NCBI RefSeq assembly: GCF_025526975.1
Contig: NW_026515670.1
Coordinates: forward strand, 248,001 to 312,000
Direction: 5' to 3'
Origin: Fimicolochytrium jonesii
Taxonomy: Eukaryota
DNA length: 64,000 nucleotides
In this document: one piece after another, positions 52,033 to 62,804 of the stretch
Position numbering within the stretch: the first letter of the stretch is position 1
Layout: every line of letters starts with the position of its first letter
Translations under genes and position numbers: made by a program
The notes under the pieces: model-generated
Told to the model about the DNA's origin: nothing
The model's input: the letters and a program-made list of their open reading frames with translations, nothing else
The model's database searches: none

Positions 52033-54711
52033 AGGCCGAGCAGCTGGGCAACACCTGTCCTGGGCCTTCTCACCACGCAAGTACTGCCAAGGGAGAAGCC
52101 ACAAAACCTTGCTCCGATCCTGGCATCTCCAGCAACACCCTTCTCCTGACCACCAACAATGTCAATCTCCTATCTGAGATACCCTCACCCATGCGGACTT
52201 TGGGCCCATCCTCACCATTCGAGTACCCTGTTACCCTGCAGATATTGGCCCAGCGAGCTCCAGTTCAGCTTTCAGCACTACTCGACACCGGTGCGATGTC
52301 GTGCTTCATCGACGAAAGTTATGCCCGCAAGCACCGCATCCCACTTGTCAAGAAGGAGGACCCCATTGCGCTAGAACTGGTTGACGGACGTCCCAGCCAT
52401 GCGGGCTCCATTACCCATCACACCCAACCTTTGGGCATGTGGGTCAACGACCACTTTGAGGAGGTGGTATTCCATGTGACATGTTCCCCGCATGCGCCAA
52501 TCATCCTGGGGCTTCCCTGGTTTGAGCTCCATGATGTGGAGCTACACTGGAAGACTCGCACTCTTTGCGTCCGCTGCCATTGCGGTTTTGGACAATACGC
52601 CTCCTGGGATGCCCTGCCAACAGAACCTAGCCCGAAGCCCTCAAGAACCCCTGAACCTCTGATCCGTATCCATCAAGACGAGATTTCAGTCTCCCTAGCC
52701 CAGACACCCAACACACTGGACCCAGCACCCACACCGATCCACGTATCGTTTATCAGCGCCCCAGCTTTCCGTGTGGCGGCAAGGCATGACCAGGCATTCA
52801 TTGCCTACGCCAATCCGACCAAGTCAGATTCCCAAGCCCTGGCGACCACTCCTCCAAAAGATCCGAAGGCCATCATTCCTGAAGAATACCAAGATTTTGC
52901 GGACGTCTTCGCCAAGAAGAACGCGGATACCCTCCCAGAGCACCGACCCTACAACTGTCCCATCGACTTAGAAGAGGGCAAACAGCCACCGTTCGGCCCG
53001 ATCTATAGTCTCAGCGAGCCTGAAATGCAGGCACTCTGTGACTACCTTGAAGAGAACCTAGCTAAGGGGTTCATCAAGCACTCCAAGTCTCCCGCCGGTG
53101 CCCCAGTCCTCTTTGTCAAGAAAAAGGACGGTTCCCTCCGTCTGTGCGTCGACTATCGTGGACTCAACAAAATCACCATCAAGAATCGCTATCCCTTGCC
53201 CTTGATTAACAGCATCATGGATCGTCTTCGAGGGGCACGTCGGCTCACCAAGATTGACCTCCGGGGAGCCTACAACCTTCTTCGGATCCGGCCAGGGGAT
53301 GAATGGAAGACAGCGTTCCGATGTCGCTACGGCCTATTCGAGTATAATGTCATGCCGTTTGGGCTCACCAATGCCCCTGGAGTATTCCAACACCTCATGA
53401 ACGACATATTCCGTGACATTCTCGACGTTTTTGTTGTGGTCTACCTTGACGACATTCTGATCTTCTCAAAAAACCCAGAAGACCACCCCAACCACGTCCG
53501 AGAGGTGCTCTCACGACTCCGCCAGCACGGGCTGTATGCGAAACCGGAAAAATGCGAATTCAACCGTGACTCTGTTGAGTTCCTGGGGTTTATCATCTCC
53601 CAGCAAGGCATTTCCATGGACCCAAAGAAGACGGCTGCCATTACCGAATGGGAACCCCCAACGAATGTCAAAGGCATCCAGCGCTTCCTTGGTTTTGCCA
53701 ACTTCTACCGGCGATTCATCAAAGGGTACTCTGCGATCGTTGCACCCCTGACCACGCTCACTCGCAAAGACTTGCCATTCAAATGGACCCACGCTGCACA
53801 CCTAGCTTTTGAAACCCTCAAGAAAGCCTTCACCTCCGCACCTATCTTGACTCACCCCGACCCTGACAAGCCCTTCATTGTCGAATCCGATGCCTCCGAC
53901 TTTGCCCTTGGCGCCGTCCTCCTTCAACCCGATGACACAGATCAACTCCACCCCGTGGCCTTTCACTCCCGCAAATTTACTCCTGAGGAAATCAACTATG
54001 AGATCTATGACAAGGAACTCCTGGCTATCCAAGACTCATTTGCTCAATGGCGACACCACCTCATTGGTGCCCGCCACAAGGTCATCATTTACTGTGACCA
54101 CAAGAACCTCCAGTACTTCATGACTACCCGTACCCTCAACCGCCGCCAATCCCGCTGGTCAATCTTCTTTGCTGATTTCGACTTTGTCATCACATACCGC
54201 CCTGGTACCCAGCAACACCAAGCTGACGCCCTCTCTCGTCGCTCTGAATACGAGCTAAGGGAGGGGGAAGAAGCATTCCGCTCCCAGGAAACCACGATCC
54301 TCACCCCTGACCATCTCCGCCTGGCCGCCACTTATCTGACCCCACTGGACTCCTCGCTCCTTGACCAAATCAAAGCTGCCCTGGCATCCGATGTGTTTGC
54401 GCAAACCATCCGGCGACAGCTTAGGGCCCCCATTGCCCAGCAATCTCAAGAAGACCAAGAACGGATAAAGCGATTCTCCGAGGAAAATGGGGTTCTGCTG
54501 TACGACAACCTTGTCTACGTCCCCACCAACAAGCTCCGTGCTGAGATCTGCCGGGACATGCATGACACGCGTTTGGCAGGACACTACGGCATGTCAAAGA
54601 CCCTGGAGCTCATCTCACGCAACTACTGGTGGCCTAGCCAGTGGCGTTTTGTCAAGTCCTACATCAGGTCCTGCGACGTATGTGCTCAAGTCAAGACCAG
54701 CAGACACAAGC
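52005..54711 (+). CDS. pol: Family B Pol (PR-RT-RH-IN zinc finger), open frame truncated by an LTR
   Basis: LLDTGA, YLDD, SDASD and H..H..C..C. The frame is open from 51987, is -1 relative to gag, and is cut at 54712. Confidence 0.92.
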
Positions 54712-55253
54712 TGTTATGAATGGGCGGAGCCGATGGAAGTAGAGGCGACTTGTGGTGCAGATTGTTGACAGGTAATGGTATTCAGATCGAAACAAGAACT
54801 AGAACAAGACTAGGAAGAACTGGTGTTGATCTGCTGGGGGATCAGGAAGTGGGGAGCTCAGGGGAGGCGGCTATTTATGTTTTTTCTGGGAAGGCTGGGG
54901 AAGCGTGGGGAAGCAGAAGGGTACGGAATGAGAGGGAAGCCAAGAGAAGCGCCAAGGGTGGGGAAGCATAGAAACAGAAGACTGGGGATGGGGTGGCTAC
55001 GCTGAGGCTGTGGGCGGGTACGTGGGAAGTATGGAGAAGGGTTTGTAAGCGCCGAGTGTTGGGAGGTGTGGCTACGTGCGGCTGCGTGGAGAAATGAAGG
55101 CAGTGGCAGGTGTGGGGTAGCGCGGCTGCGTGCGGCTGCGAGGTTTGGCAGATGTCAGGTTTTGACAGGGAATTGACATTGACTGACTGTTGGGATGCTG
55201 TCATGAGGTAAGCGCATGGTATGGACGCGTCGTCCATAACATCACCCCCTCCT

Positions 55254-56406
55254 TTAGCCACGGCGTCCGGATGTTGTTTTGATGTTGGCAGGCTTTGGTC
55301 GGGGTTTGTCGGGGTACTTTTGGTGGAACTGGGCAACAAGCTCTTGACATCGGGCAAGGTGTTCCACTGGCTCCCATGTGTTCTCCAAGCTTGGCCAACC
55401 CTGCCACTTGATGAGGTACTGAAGGTGCATGCGTCGAATACGGGAGTCAAGAATGTCTTCCACAATCCATTCCTCCTGTCCTTCGACTTCTTCTGGTGGG
55501 GTGGGTTCTGGCTCAGTTCGCTCCGGAATGGTGAAACGTGGTTCAAGAAGGGAGACATGGAAGACGTTGTGAATTTTGTAGGATGGGGGAAGCTTGAGGC
55601 GATATGTGACCGAGTTGATCTTCTCCGTGATTGTGAAGGGGCCAATCTTACAGTGATCAAGTTTCTGGGAAGGTCGGAGAGTCTTGAGATTCCGCTGTAA
55701 GAGCCAGACACTGTCCCCGGGTTTCATGTCTGGGCCAGGTGCCCTCTTAGCATCGGCAAAGTGCTTCATGCGTCCTTGGGCCTCCTTGAGCTCAGTGGCA
55801 AGCTGTTCATGGATTTCCTTGAGATGGTTGGCACGAGCTTCGGCTGCAGGATTAAGGGATTTGGTTGTGGTGGCGGAAGCCAGACTGAATCGAGGATGGA
55901 ACCCATAGTTGGCGTAGAAGGGGGTTGTCTGGGTGGCGGAGTGGATGGTGTTATTGTAAGAGAACTCAGCAGAAGACAAGAGTTCCTTCCAGTTATCTTG
56001 TTGATAGTTGCAAAAGCAGCGAAGGTATTGCTCAAGAATCTGATTGGTCCGCTCGGTTTGTCCATCGCTCTGGGGATGGAACGCCGATGAGAGGTTGACC
56101 TTGGTTCCCAGGAGAGCGAAGAGACGTTTCCAGAAGTGGGAGTTGAACTGTGGGCCACGGTCAGATACAATATCGTCGGGGAGTCCATGGAGCCGGATGA
56201 CATGGTGCCAGATCAGATCTGCAGTTGATTCAGCGGTGGCAGTTTTCCTGCACGGTACGAAGTGCGCCATCTTGGTGAACCGGCAGATGACAACAAGCAC
56301 AGAACCAACCCCATCACTGGCGGGTAGATCCGTGATGAAGTCCATGGAAATTGACCCCCAGGGGCGGTCAGGGACCTGCAGGGGTTGGAGAAGACCGTAG
56401 GGCTTG
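55254..56406 (-). pseudogene. pol: Family B integrase core + chromodomain fragment, copy 2
   Basis: Near-identical direct repeat of 49308-50460, offset 5946 bp. Confidence 0.9.
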
Positions 56407-57000
56407 TGTTATGGACGACGCGTCCATACCATGCGCTTACCTCATGACAGCATCGCAACAGTCAGTCAATGTCAATTCCCTGTCAAAACCTGACACCTGC
56501 CAAACCTCGCAGCCGCACGCAGCCGTGCTACCCCACACCTGCCACTGCCTTCATTTCTCCACGCAGCCGCACGTAGCCACACCTCCCAACACTCGGCGCT
56601 TACAAACCCTTCTCCATACTTCCCCACGTACCCGCCCACAGCCTCAGCGTAGCCACCCCATCCCCAGTCTTCTGTTTCCATACTTCCCCACGTACCCGCC
56701 CACGGCCTCAGCGTAGCCACCCCATCCCCAGTCTTCTGTTTCTATGCTTCCCCACCCTTGGCGCTTCTCTTGGCTTCCCTCTCATTCCGTACCCTTCTGC
56801 TTCCCCACGCTTCCCCAGCCTTCCCAGAAAAACATAAATAGCCGCCTCCCCTGAGCTCCCCACTTCCTGATCCCCCAGCAGATCAACACCAGTTCTTCCT
56901 AGTCTTGTTCTAGTTCTTGTTTCGATCTGAATACCATTACCTGTCAACAATCTGCACCACAAGTCGCCTCTACTTCCATCGGCTCCGCCCATTCATAACA
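56407..57000 (+). repeat. Solo LTR of family B inserted antisense into family B integrase
   Basis: TSD GCTTG at 56402-56406 and 57001-57005. Confidence 0.93.
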
Positions 57001-60000
57001 GCTTGTGTCTGCTGGTCTTGGCTTGAGCACATACGTCGCAGGACCTGATGTAGGACTTGACAAAACGCCACTGGCTAGGCCACCAGTAGTTGCGTGAGAT
57101 GAGCTCCAGGGTCTTTGACATGCCGTAGTGTCCTGCCAAACGCGTGTCATGCATGTCCCGGCAGATCTCAGCACGGAGCTTGTTGGTGGGGACGTAGACA
57201 AGGTTGTCGTACAGCAGAACCCCATTTTCCTCGGAGAATCGCTTTATCCGTTCTTGGTCTTCTTGAGATTGTTGGGCAATGGGGGCCCTAAGCTGTCGCC
57301 GGATGGTTTGCGCAAACACATCGGATGCCAGGGCAGCTTTGATTTGGTCAAGGAGCAAGGAGTCCAGTGGGGTCAGATAAGTGGCGGCCAGGCGGAGATG
57401 GTCAGGGGTGAGGATCGTGGTTTCCTGGGAGCGGAATGCTTCTTCCCCCTCCCTTAGCTCGTATTCAGAGCGACGAGAGAGGGCGTCAGCTTGGTGTTGC
57501 TGGGTACCAGGGCGGTATGTGATGACAAAGTCGAAATCAGCAAAGAAGATTGACCAGCGGGATTGGCGGCGGTTGAGGGTACGGGTAGTCATGAAGTACT
57601 GGAGGTTCTTGTGGTCACAGTAAACGATGACCTTGTGGCGGGCACCAATGAGGTGGTGTCGCCCTTGAGCAAATGAGTCTTGGATAGCCAGGAGTTCCTT
57701 GTCGTAGATCTCATAGTTGATTTCCTCAGGAGTAAATTTGCGGGAGTGAAAGGCCACGGGGTGGAGTTGATCTGTGTCATCGGGTTGAAGGAGGACGGCG
57801 CCAAGGGCAAAGTCGGAGGCATCGGATTCGACAATGAAGGGCTTGTCAGGGTCGGGGTGAATCAGGATAGGTGCGGAGGTGAAGGCTTTCTTGAGGGTTT
57901 CAAAAGCTAGGTGTGCAGCGTGGGTCCATTTGAATGGCAAGTCTTTGCGAGTGAGCGTGGTCAGGGGTGCAACGATCGCAGAGTACCCTTTGATGAATCG
58001 CCGGTAGAAGTTGGCAAAACCAAGGAAGTGCTGGATGCCTTTGACATTCGTCGGGGGTTCCCATTCGGTAATGGCAGCCGTCTTCTTTGGGTCCATGGAA
58101 ATGCCTTGCTGGGAGATGATAAACCCCAGGAACTCAACAGAGTCACGGTTGAATTCGCATTTTTCTGGTTTCGCATACAGCCCGTGCTGGCGGAGTCGTG
58201 AGAGCACCTCTCGGACGTGGTTGGGGTGGTCTTCTGGGTTTTTTGAGAAGATCAGAATGTCGTCAAGGTAGACCACAACAAAAACGTCGAGAATGTCACG
58301 GAATATGTCGTTCATGAGGTGTTGGAATACTCCAGGGGCATTGGTGAGCCCAAACGGCATGACATTATACTCGAATAGGCCGTAGCGACATCGGAACGCT
58401 GTCTTCCATTCATCCCCTGGCCGGATCCAAAGAAGGTTGTAGGCTCCCCGGAGGTCAATCTTGGTGAGCCGGCGTGCCCCTCGAAGACGATCCATGATGC
58501 TGTTAATCAAGGGCAAGGGATAGCGATTCTTGATGGTGATATTGTTGAGTCCACGATAGTCGACGCACAGACGGAGGGAACCGTCCTTTTTCTTGACAAA
58601 GAGGACTGGGGCACCGGCGGGAGACTTGGAGTGCTTGATGAACCCCTTAGCTAGGTTCTCTTCAAGGTAGTCACAGAGTGCCTGCATTTCAGGCTTGCTG
58701 AGACTATAGATCGGGCCGAACGGTGGCTGTTTGCCCTCTTCTAAGTCGATGGGACAGTCGTAGGGTCGGTGCTCTGGGAGGGTATCCGCGTTCTTCTTGG
58801 CGAAGACGTCCGCAAAATCTTGGTATTCTTCAGGAATGATGGCCTTCGGATCTTTTGGAGGAGTGGTCGCCAGGGCTTGGGAATCTGACTTGGTCGGATT
58901 GGCGTAGGCAATGAATGCCTGGTCATGCCTTGCCGCCACACGGAAAGCTGGGGCGCTCATAAACGATACGTGGATCGGTGTGGGTGCTGGGTCCAGTGTG
59001 TTGGGTGTCTGGGCTAGGGAGACTGAAATCTCGTCTTGATGGATACGGATCAGAGGTTCAGGGGTTTTGAGGGCTTCGGGCTAGGTTCTGTTGGCAGGGC
59101 ATCCCAGGAGGCGTATTGTCCAAAACCGCAATGGCAGCGGACGCAAAGAGTGCGAGTCTTCCAGTGTAGCTCCACATCATGGAGCTCAAACCAGGGAAGC
59201 CCCAGGATGATTGGCGCATGCGGGGAACATGTCACATGGAATAGCACCTCCTCAAAATGGTCGTTGACCCACATGCCCAAAGGTTGGGTGTGATGGGTAA
59301 TGGAGCCCGCATGGCTGGGACGTCCGTCAACCAGTTCAAGCGCAATGGGGTCCTCCTTCTTGACAAGTGGGATGCGGTGCTTGCGGGCATAACTTTCGTC
59401 GATGAAGCACGACATCGCACCGGTGTCAAGTAGTGCTGAAAGCTGAACTGGAGCTCGCTGGGCCGATATCTGCAGGGTAACAGGGTACTCGAATGGTGAG
59501 GATGGGCCCAAAGTCCGCATGGGTGAGGGTATCTCAGATAGGAGATTGACATTGTTGGTGGTCAGGAGAAGGGTGTTGCTGGAGATGCCAGGATCGGAGC
59601 AAGGTTTTGTGGCTTCTCCCTTGGCAGTACTTGCGTGGTGAGAAGGCCCAGGACAGGTGTTGCCCAGCTGCTCAGCCTTTACTGCAGCTGGACTTGGGCA
59701 AAATCCTGGATGGGTGCAGGTTCCTTAACCGCGACATTCGCCGTGCGTATCTTGTTCGGGCAGAGTTTGGCTATGTGGCCGGGTTTACCACAGTAGAGGC
59801 AAAGTTTGTTTGTGATGCGGTGTTGGCGCTCTAGCGGTGTGAGGGGTCCTCGCGGACGAGCAGCGTCAATGATCATAGGGTCGTCTGGGCGGTTGTCGGG
59901 GCTCATGAGGGTGGGGCTAGTGGTAACTGGCACATATGGCTGTCGGTTCCTGCTTTGCTCTAGACGGCGCTCAAACAATCGGGTGTCACATTGGATGGCC

Positions 60001-60606
60001 TGTTCCATCACGGTGTCGATTGAGGCGGTAGGGGGCCATCGTGAGCATTAAGTCCTTGACGTCTTCTTTGAGGCCGCGACGGAAGGTGGCAATCAATGCC
60101 TGGTCATTCCACGACACATCGCATTGCAGCTGTCGGAATTCAGCTACATACTCTGTTGCTGCACGGGTTTGTCGAAGGTTCTGGAGCTTGTTTTCGGGTG
60201 TGCGGGTCCTGTCGCTGTCTCCAAAGACTGCTTGCATTTGCTGGATGAAATCATCCAGGTTTGTAAGGGAATGATGGTCTTGTTTGACAAGGGGCGCCAG
60301 CCAGGCCTGGGCAGTGCCAGTGAGGTAGGTGCCAATAGTTTGTATCTTGGTCTGATCGTTGGGGTAGCGCCTGGGTTGGAGGGCGAACATGAGCCGGATC
60401 TGGTTGAGTAACCCACGGAACTTGCTTCGGGTGCCATCAAATTTGTCTGGGAGACTGATTTTGGGTTCGGGGGCGTGGGTGGCAGGGGCAGTGGTCTGGG
60501 TTTGCGCTAGTTCGGCTTGTAGGGTGGTATTCTGCGCTCGAAGTTCGTCAATCGCATTGCACATGGCTTGCCAGGCTTCGGCCGTGAGGGGAAGGGCGTC
60601 GGACAT
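57001..60606 (-). pseudogene. Family B gag-pol, inverted copy with frameshifts near 60030 and 59065
   Basis: Reverse complement of 51106-54711 with scattered substitutions. Confidence 0.92.
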
Positions 60607-60678
60607 GGTGATTTGGCGTGGAGGTACAGCGGCTGGGGGTTGTTGAGCAGATCAAACAGCGTCGTCCATACCAAACAT

Positions 60679-61335
60679 AGCAACTGAAACAGGCCGATCG
60701 AAAGTGCATTGAGGAGCGCATGCAGCAACTGACCGAGGTGAGCCGCATCGTTCAGCACAGACTCCGAGAGGCCCAGGACAGGCAGGCAAGATACTACGAC
60801 AGGAACAAGAATACGGACGCGTTCGTAGTAGGCGACCAGGTCCTGCTGAACCGCAAAGGCATCCAGATCAAGAGTATCTCGGCCCGAAACAAGAAGCTGT
60901 CCGCGCTATGGATCGGGCCCTTCACCGGCAGCGGAAAAGGGCCCCACCCAGACACCTACGAGCTGGAGCTCTCCCACGAGTTCAGTGGACTACACCCGGT
61001 GTTCCACGTCAACATCCTACGCAGGTACAACCCTCCGGAGAACGGCCCATACCAAAAAGTGGACGCGCCACCCCCCCCCAGAGGAAGTCAACGGCAAACT
61101 CGAACACCGAGTTGAAGACATCCTCGACTCCAAGTGGGTACGCAACACCGAGATGTTCCTGGTCAAATGGGCCGGCTACGATGTGTCCCAGAACACCTGG
61201 GAGCCACTCCGACACGTCCGTGACACCTCGGCCCACAAGCGATATGTCCGAAAGCAAGCCGCCAAGCGCCAGGACAGTCGGGAGACCAAGGCAAAGGAGA
61301 GAGCGGCAGTCTCCCGTCGCTGTAAACGTATCTGA
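60679..61335 (+). pseudogene. pol: Family C integrase C-terminus + chromodomain
   Basis: AQDRQARYYD, WIGPF, HPVFHV and VEDILD..FLVKWAGYD..NTWEP. Frameshift in a C-run near 61070-61079. Confidence 0.88.
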
Positions 61336-61398
61336 ACCTTGTACATACATCAAAACAGAGTTTCTAATGTCCAAAATGATCATTACCATTACGGACTC

Positions 61399-61617
61399 AT
61401 GCGGGCGGGTACTAATACCGAGGCCTATGATGCGGGCGGGTACATAGTACCAGGGCCTATGATGCGGGCGGGTACGTAGTACCAGGGCCTATGATGCGGG
61501 CGGGTACGAGGTACCAGGGCCTATGCGAGCGGGCAAGCAAGGTGTCAGGGCTCATGCGGGCGGGTATGCAATACCAAGGCCTAGGATGCAAGCGGGTGCG
61601 AGGCACCAGGGCTCAGG
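61399..61617 (+). repeat. About 7 degenerate tandem copies of a ~32-bp unit (ATGATGCGGGCGGGTACRTAGTACCAGGGCCT)
   Basis: Visible head-to-tail array without spacers, in the 3' UTR of element C. Confidence 0.9.
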
Positions 61618-61703
61618 ACGATCGGTGAAGTACCAAAGGGAAACGCTCCGAGGATATCAAATTCAACAAAATATATACAAGAAAGAAGAACGATGACGCC
61701 AGG

Positions 61704-62462
61704 CTAAATACCAGCCTGTTTGGCGAAAGACCATTGGCAACGTGAGCCGTGGCAGGCGGTCCCCATGCCACAACCCAGCGGGACGAACTGCTGGAAGTTC
61801 ATCTGGCTAGAGGGAGCACGTCACGTCAGTGGCGGGACCTGTCGAAAACTCACGAGTGTTGTACTTATGCGCGGACATGCCTCATACACTGGATGTGGTT
61901 GCAGGGGAAGACCCGCACGTCCTCGGCCAGACAATCGCAGTCGGGCCACACACAGGTGCAGGGTAGCGCCTGGCAGAAGAGCGGCACTTCACACTCCTCC
62001 CCGAAACCGTCCACGTAGCCGCACGTGGACTCCCCGATGGGCGTGTCGGTCTGTCGGGAAGAGACGTGAGCTGTCAGTCACCCCATGGGAACCACCCATG
62101 ACATGCGGTTCCTTACGGTGTCATCACAGAGCGGGAGGATGCAAGGCCGGCATATAACGTGCTGGCACGCCAAGAGGAACATCTTGCGGGGACGGTACGT
62201 GTTGCAGTTCCAACACGTAGGTCGGGCCGGTGGAGCCGGAGGCTCCGGGGTACTGTCCGTGTGCACCTCGGGGGTGTCCTGAGATAGAATCGGTCAAACC
62301 ACGTAAGTTGGGTCAATTGGGCAACCTCCGTGGACTCACCGCTCGCTGTCGCTTGAGACCCTTCTTCAGGCTGTCCCCTGTGGTGGGACCCTCGCCTACT
62401 TTCTTCTTACCCGATGACGGGCCGGCGGCAGTGGGCTTGGCAGAAGGAGCTACGCTGGCCAC
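61704..62462 (-). CDS. Antisense spliced accessory gene in element C: tandem RING-like Cys/His protein (about 189 aa; may be decayed)
   Basis: Exons 62462-62340, 62278-62117, 62050-61869 and 61806-61704 join in frame. Motifs CWNC-x12-CQHVICRPC and CVWPDC-x11-CNHIQCMRH. Start is GTG; the third donor reads ATAAGT. Confidence 0.7.
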
Positions 62463-62562
62463 AGTGAAGAGGGGAACGGCGACGGTGAGAGGTTACGAGA
62501 TTGGGGGCAAGAAATGTAAGTCTGGGGACTGGCGGGAAGGTGCCGAGGGGAGTACTGCCTTC

Positions 62563-62570
62563 CTTTTATA
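62563..62570 (-). promoter_or_regulatory. TATA box (TATAAAAG) for the antisense RING-like gene
   Basis: Consensus TATA about 100 bp upstream of exon 1, followed by a pyrimidine-rich leader. Confidence 0.55.
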
Positions 62571-62804
62571 TGCCGCAGGGACAAGGACCATAGCGCCCCA
62601 CGACCAGCTGCGGCCAAATCATCTCTACCTCATATCGGCGTGGATCTGATTGCCATCGTGGTGACGACCGGTGACGCCAGCCGCTCCAGTAGAGCCATGC
62701 GCACTCCTCATGGCCGACACCCGTGTCAGCTCCACATCAAGTAACAGCGGGGAGCGACTGACAGGTGCGGTCGGTGTCGGAGTGACACTTGGCTCTAAGG
62801 GGGG

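Larger units (their letters stand above)
48766..60673. mobile_element. Composite block of chromovirus family B (four full LTRs plus a 15-bp LTR remnant)
   Basis: LTRs at 48766-49295(-), 50461-51054(+), 54712-55241(-) and 56407-57000(+). Flanked by AACAT at 48761-48765 and 60674-60678. Confidence 0.93.

Noticed and set aside
61399..61617. CRISPR-like ~32-bp repeats
   Set aside because: Head-to-tail with no unique spacers, no cas genes, and a eukaryotic retroelement context.
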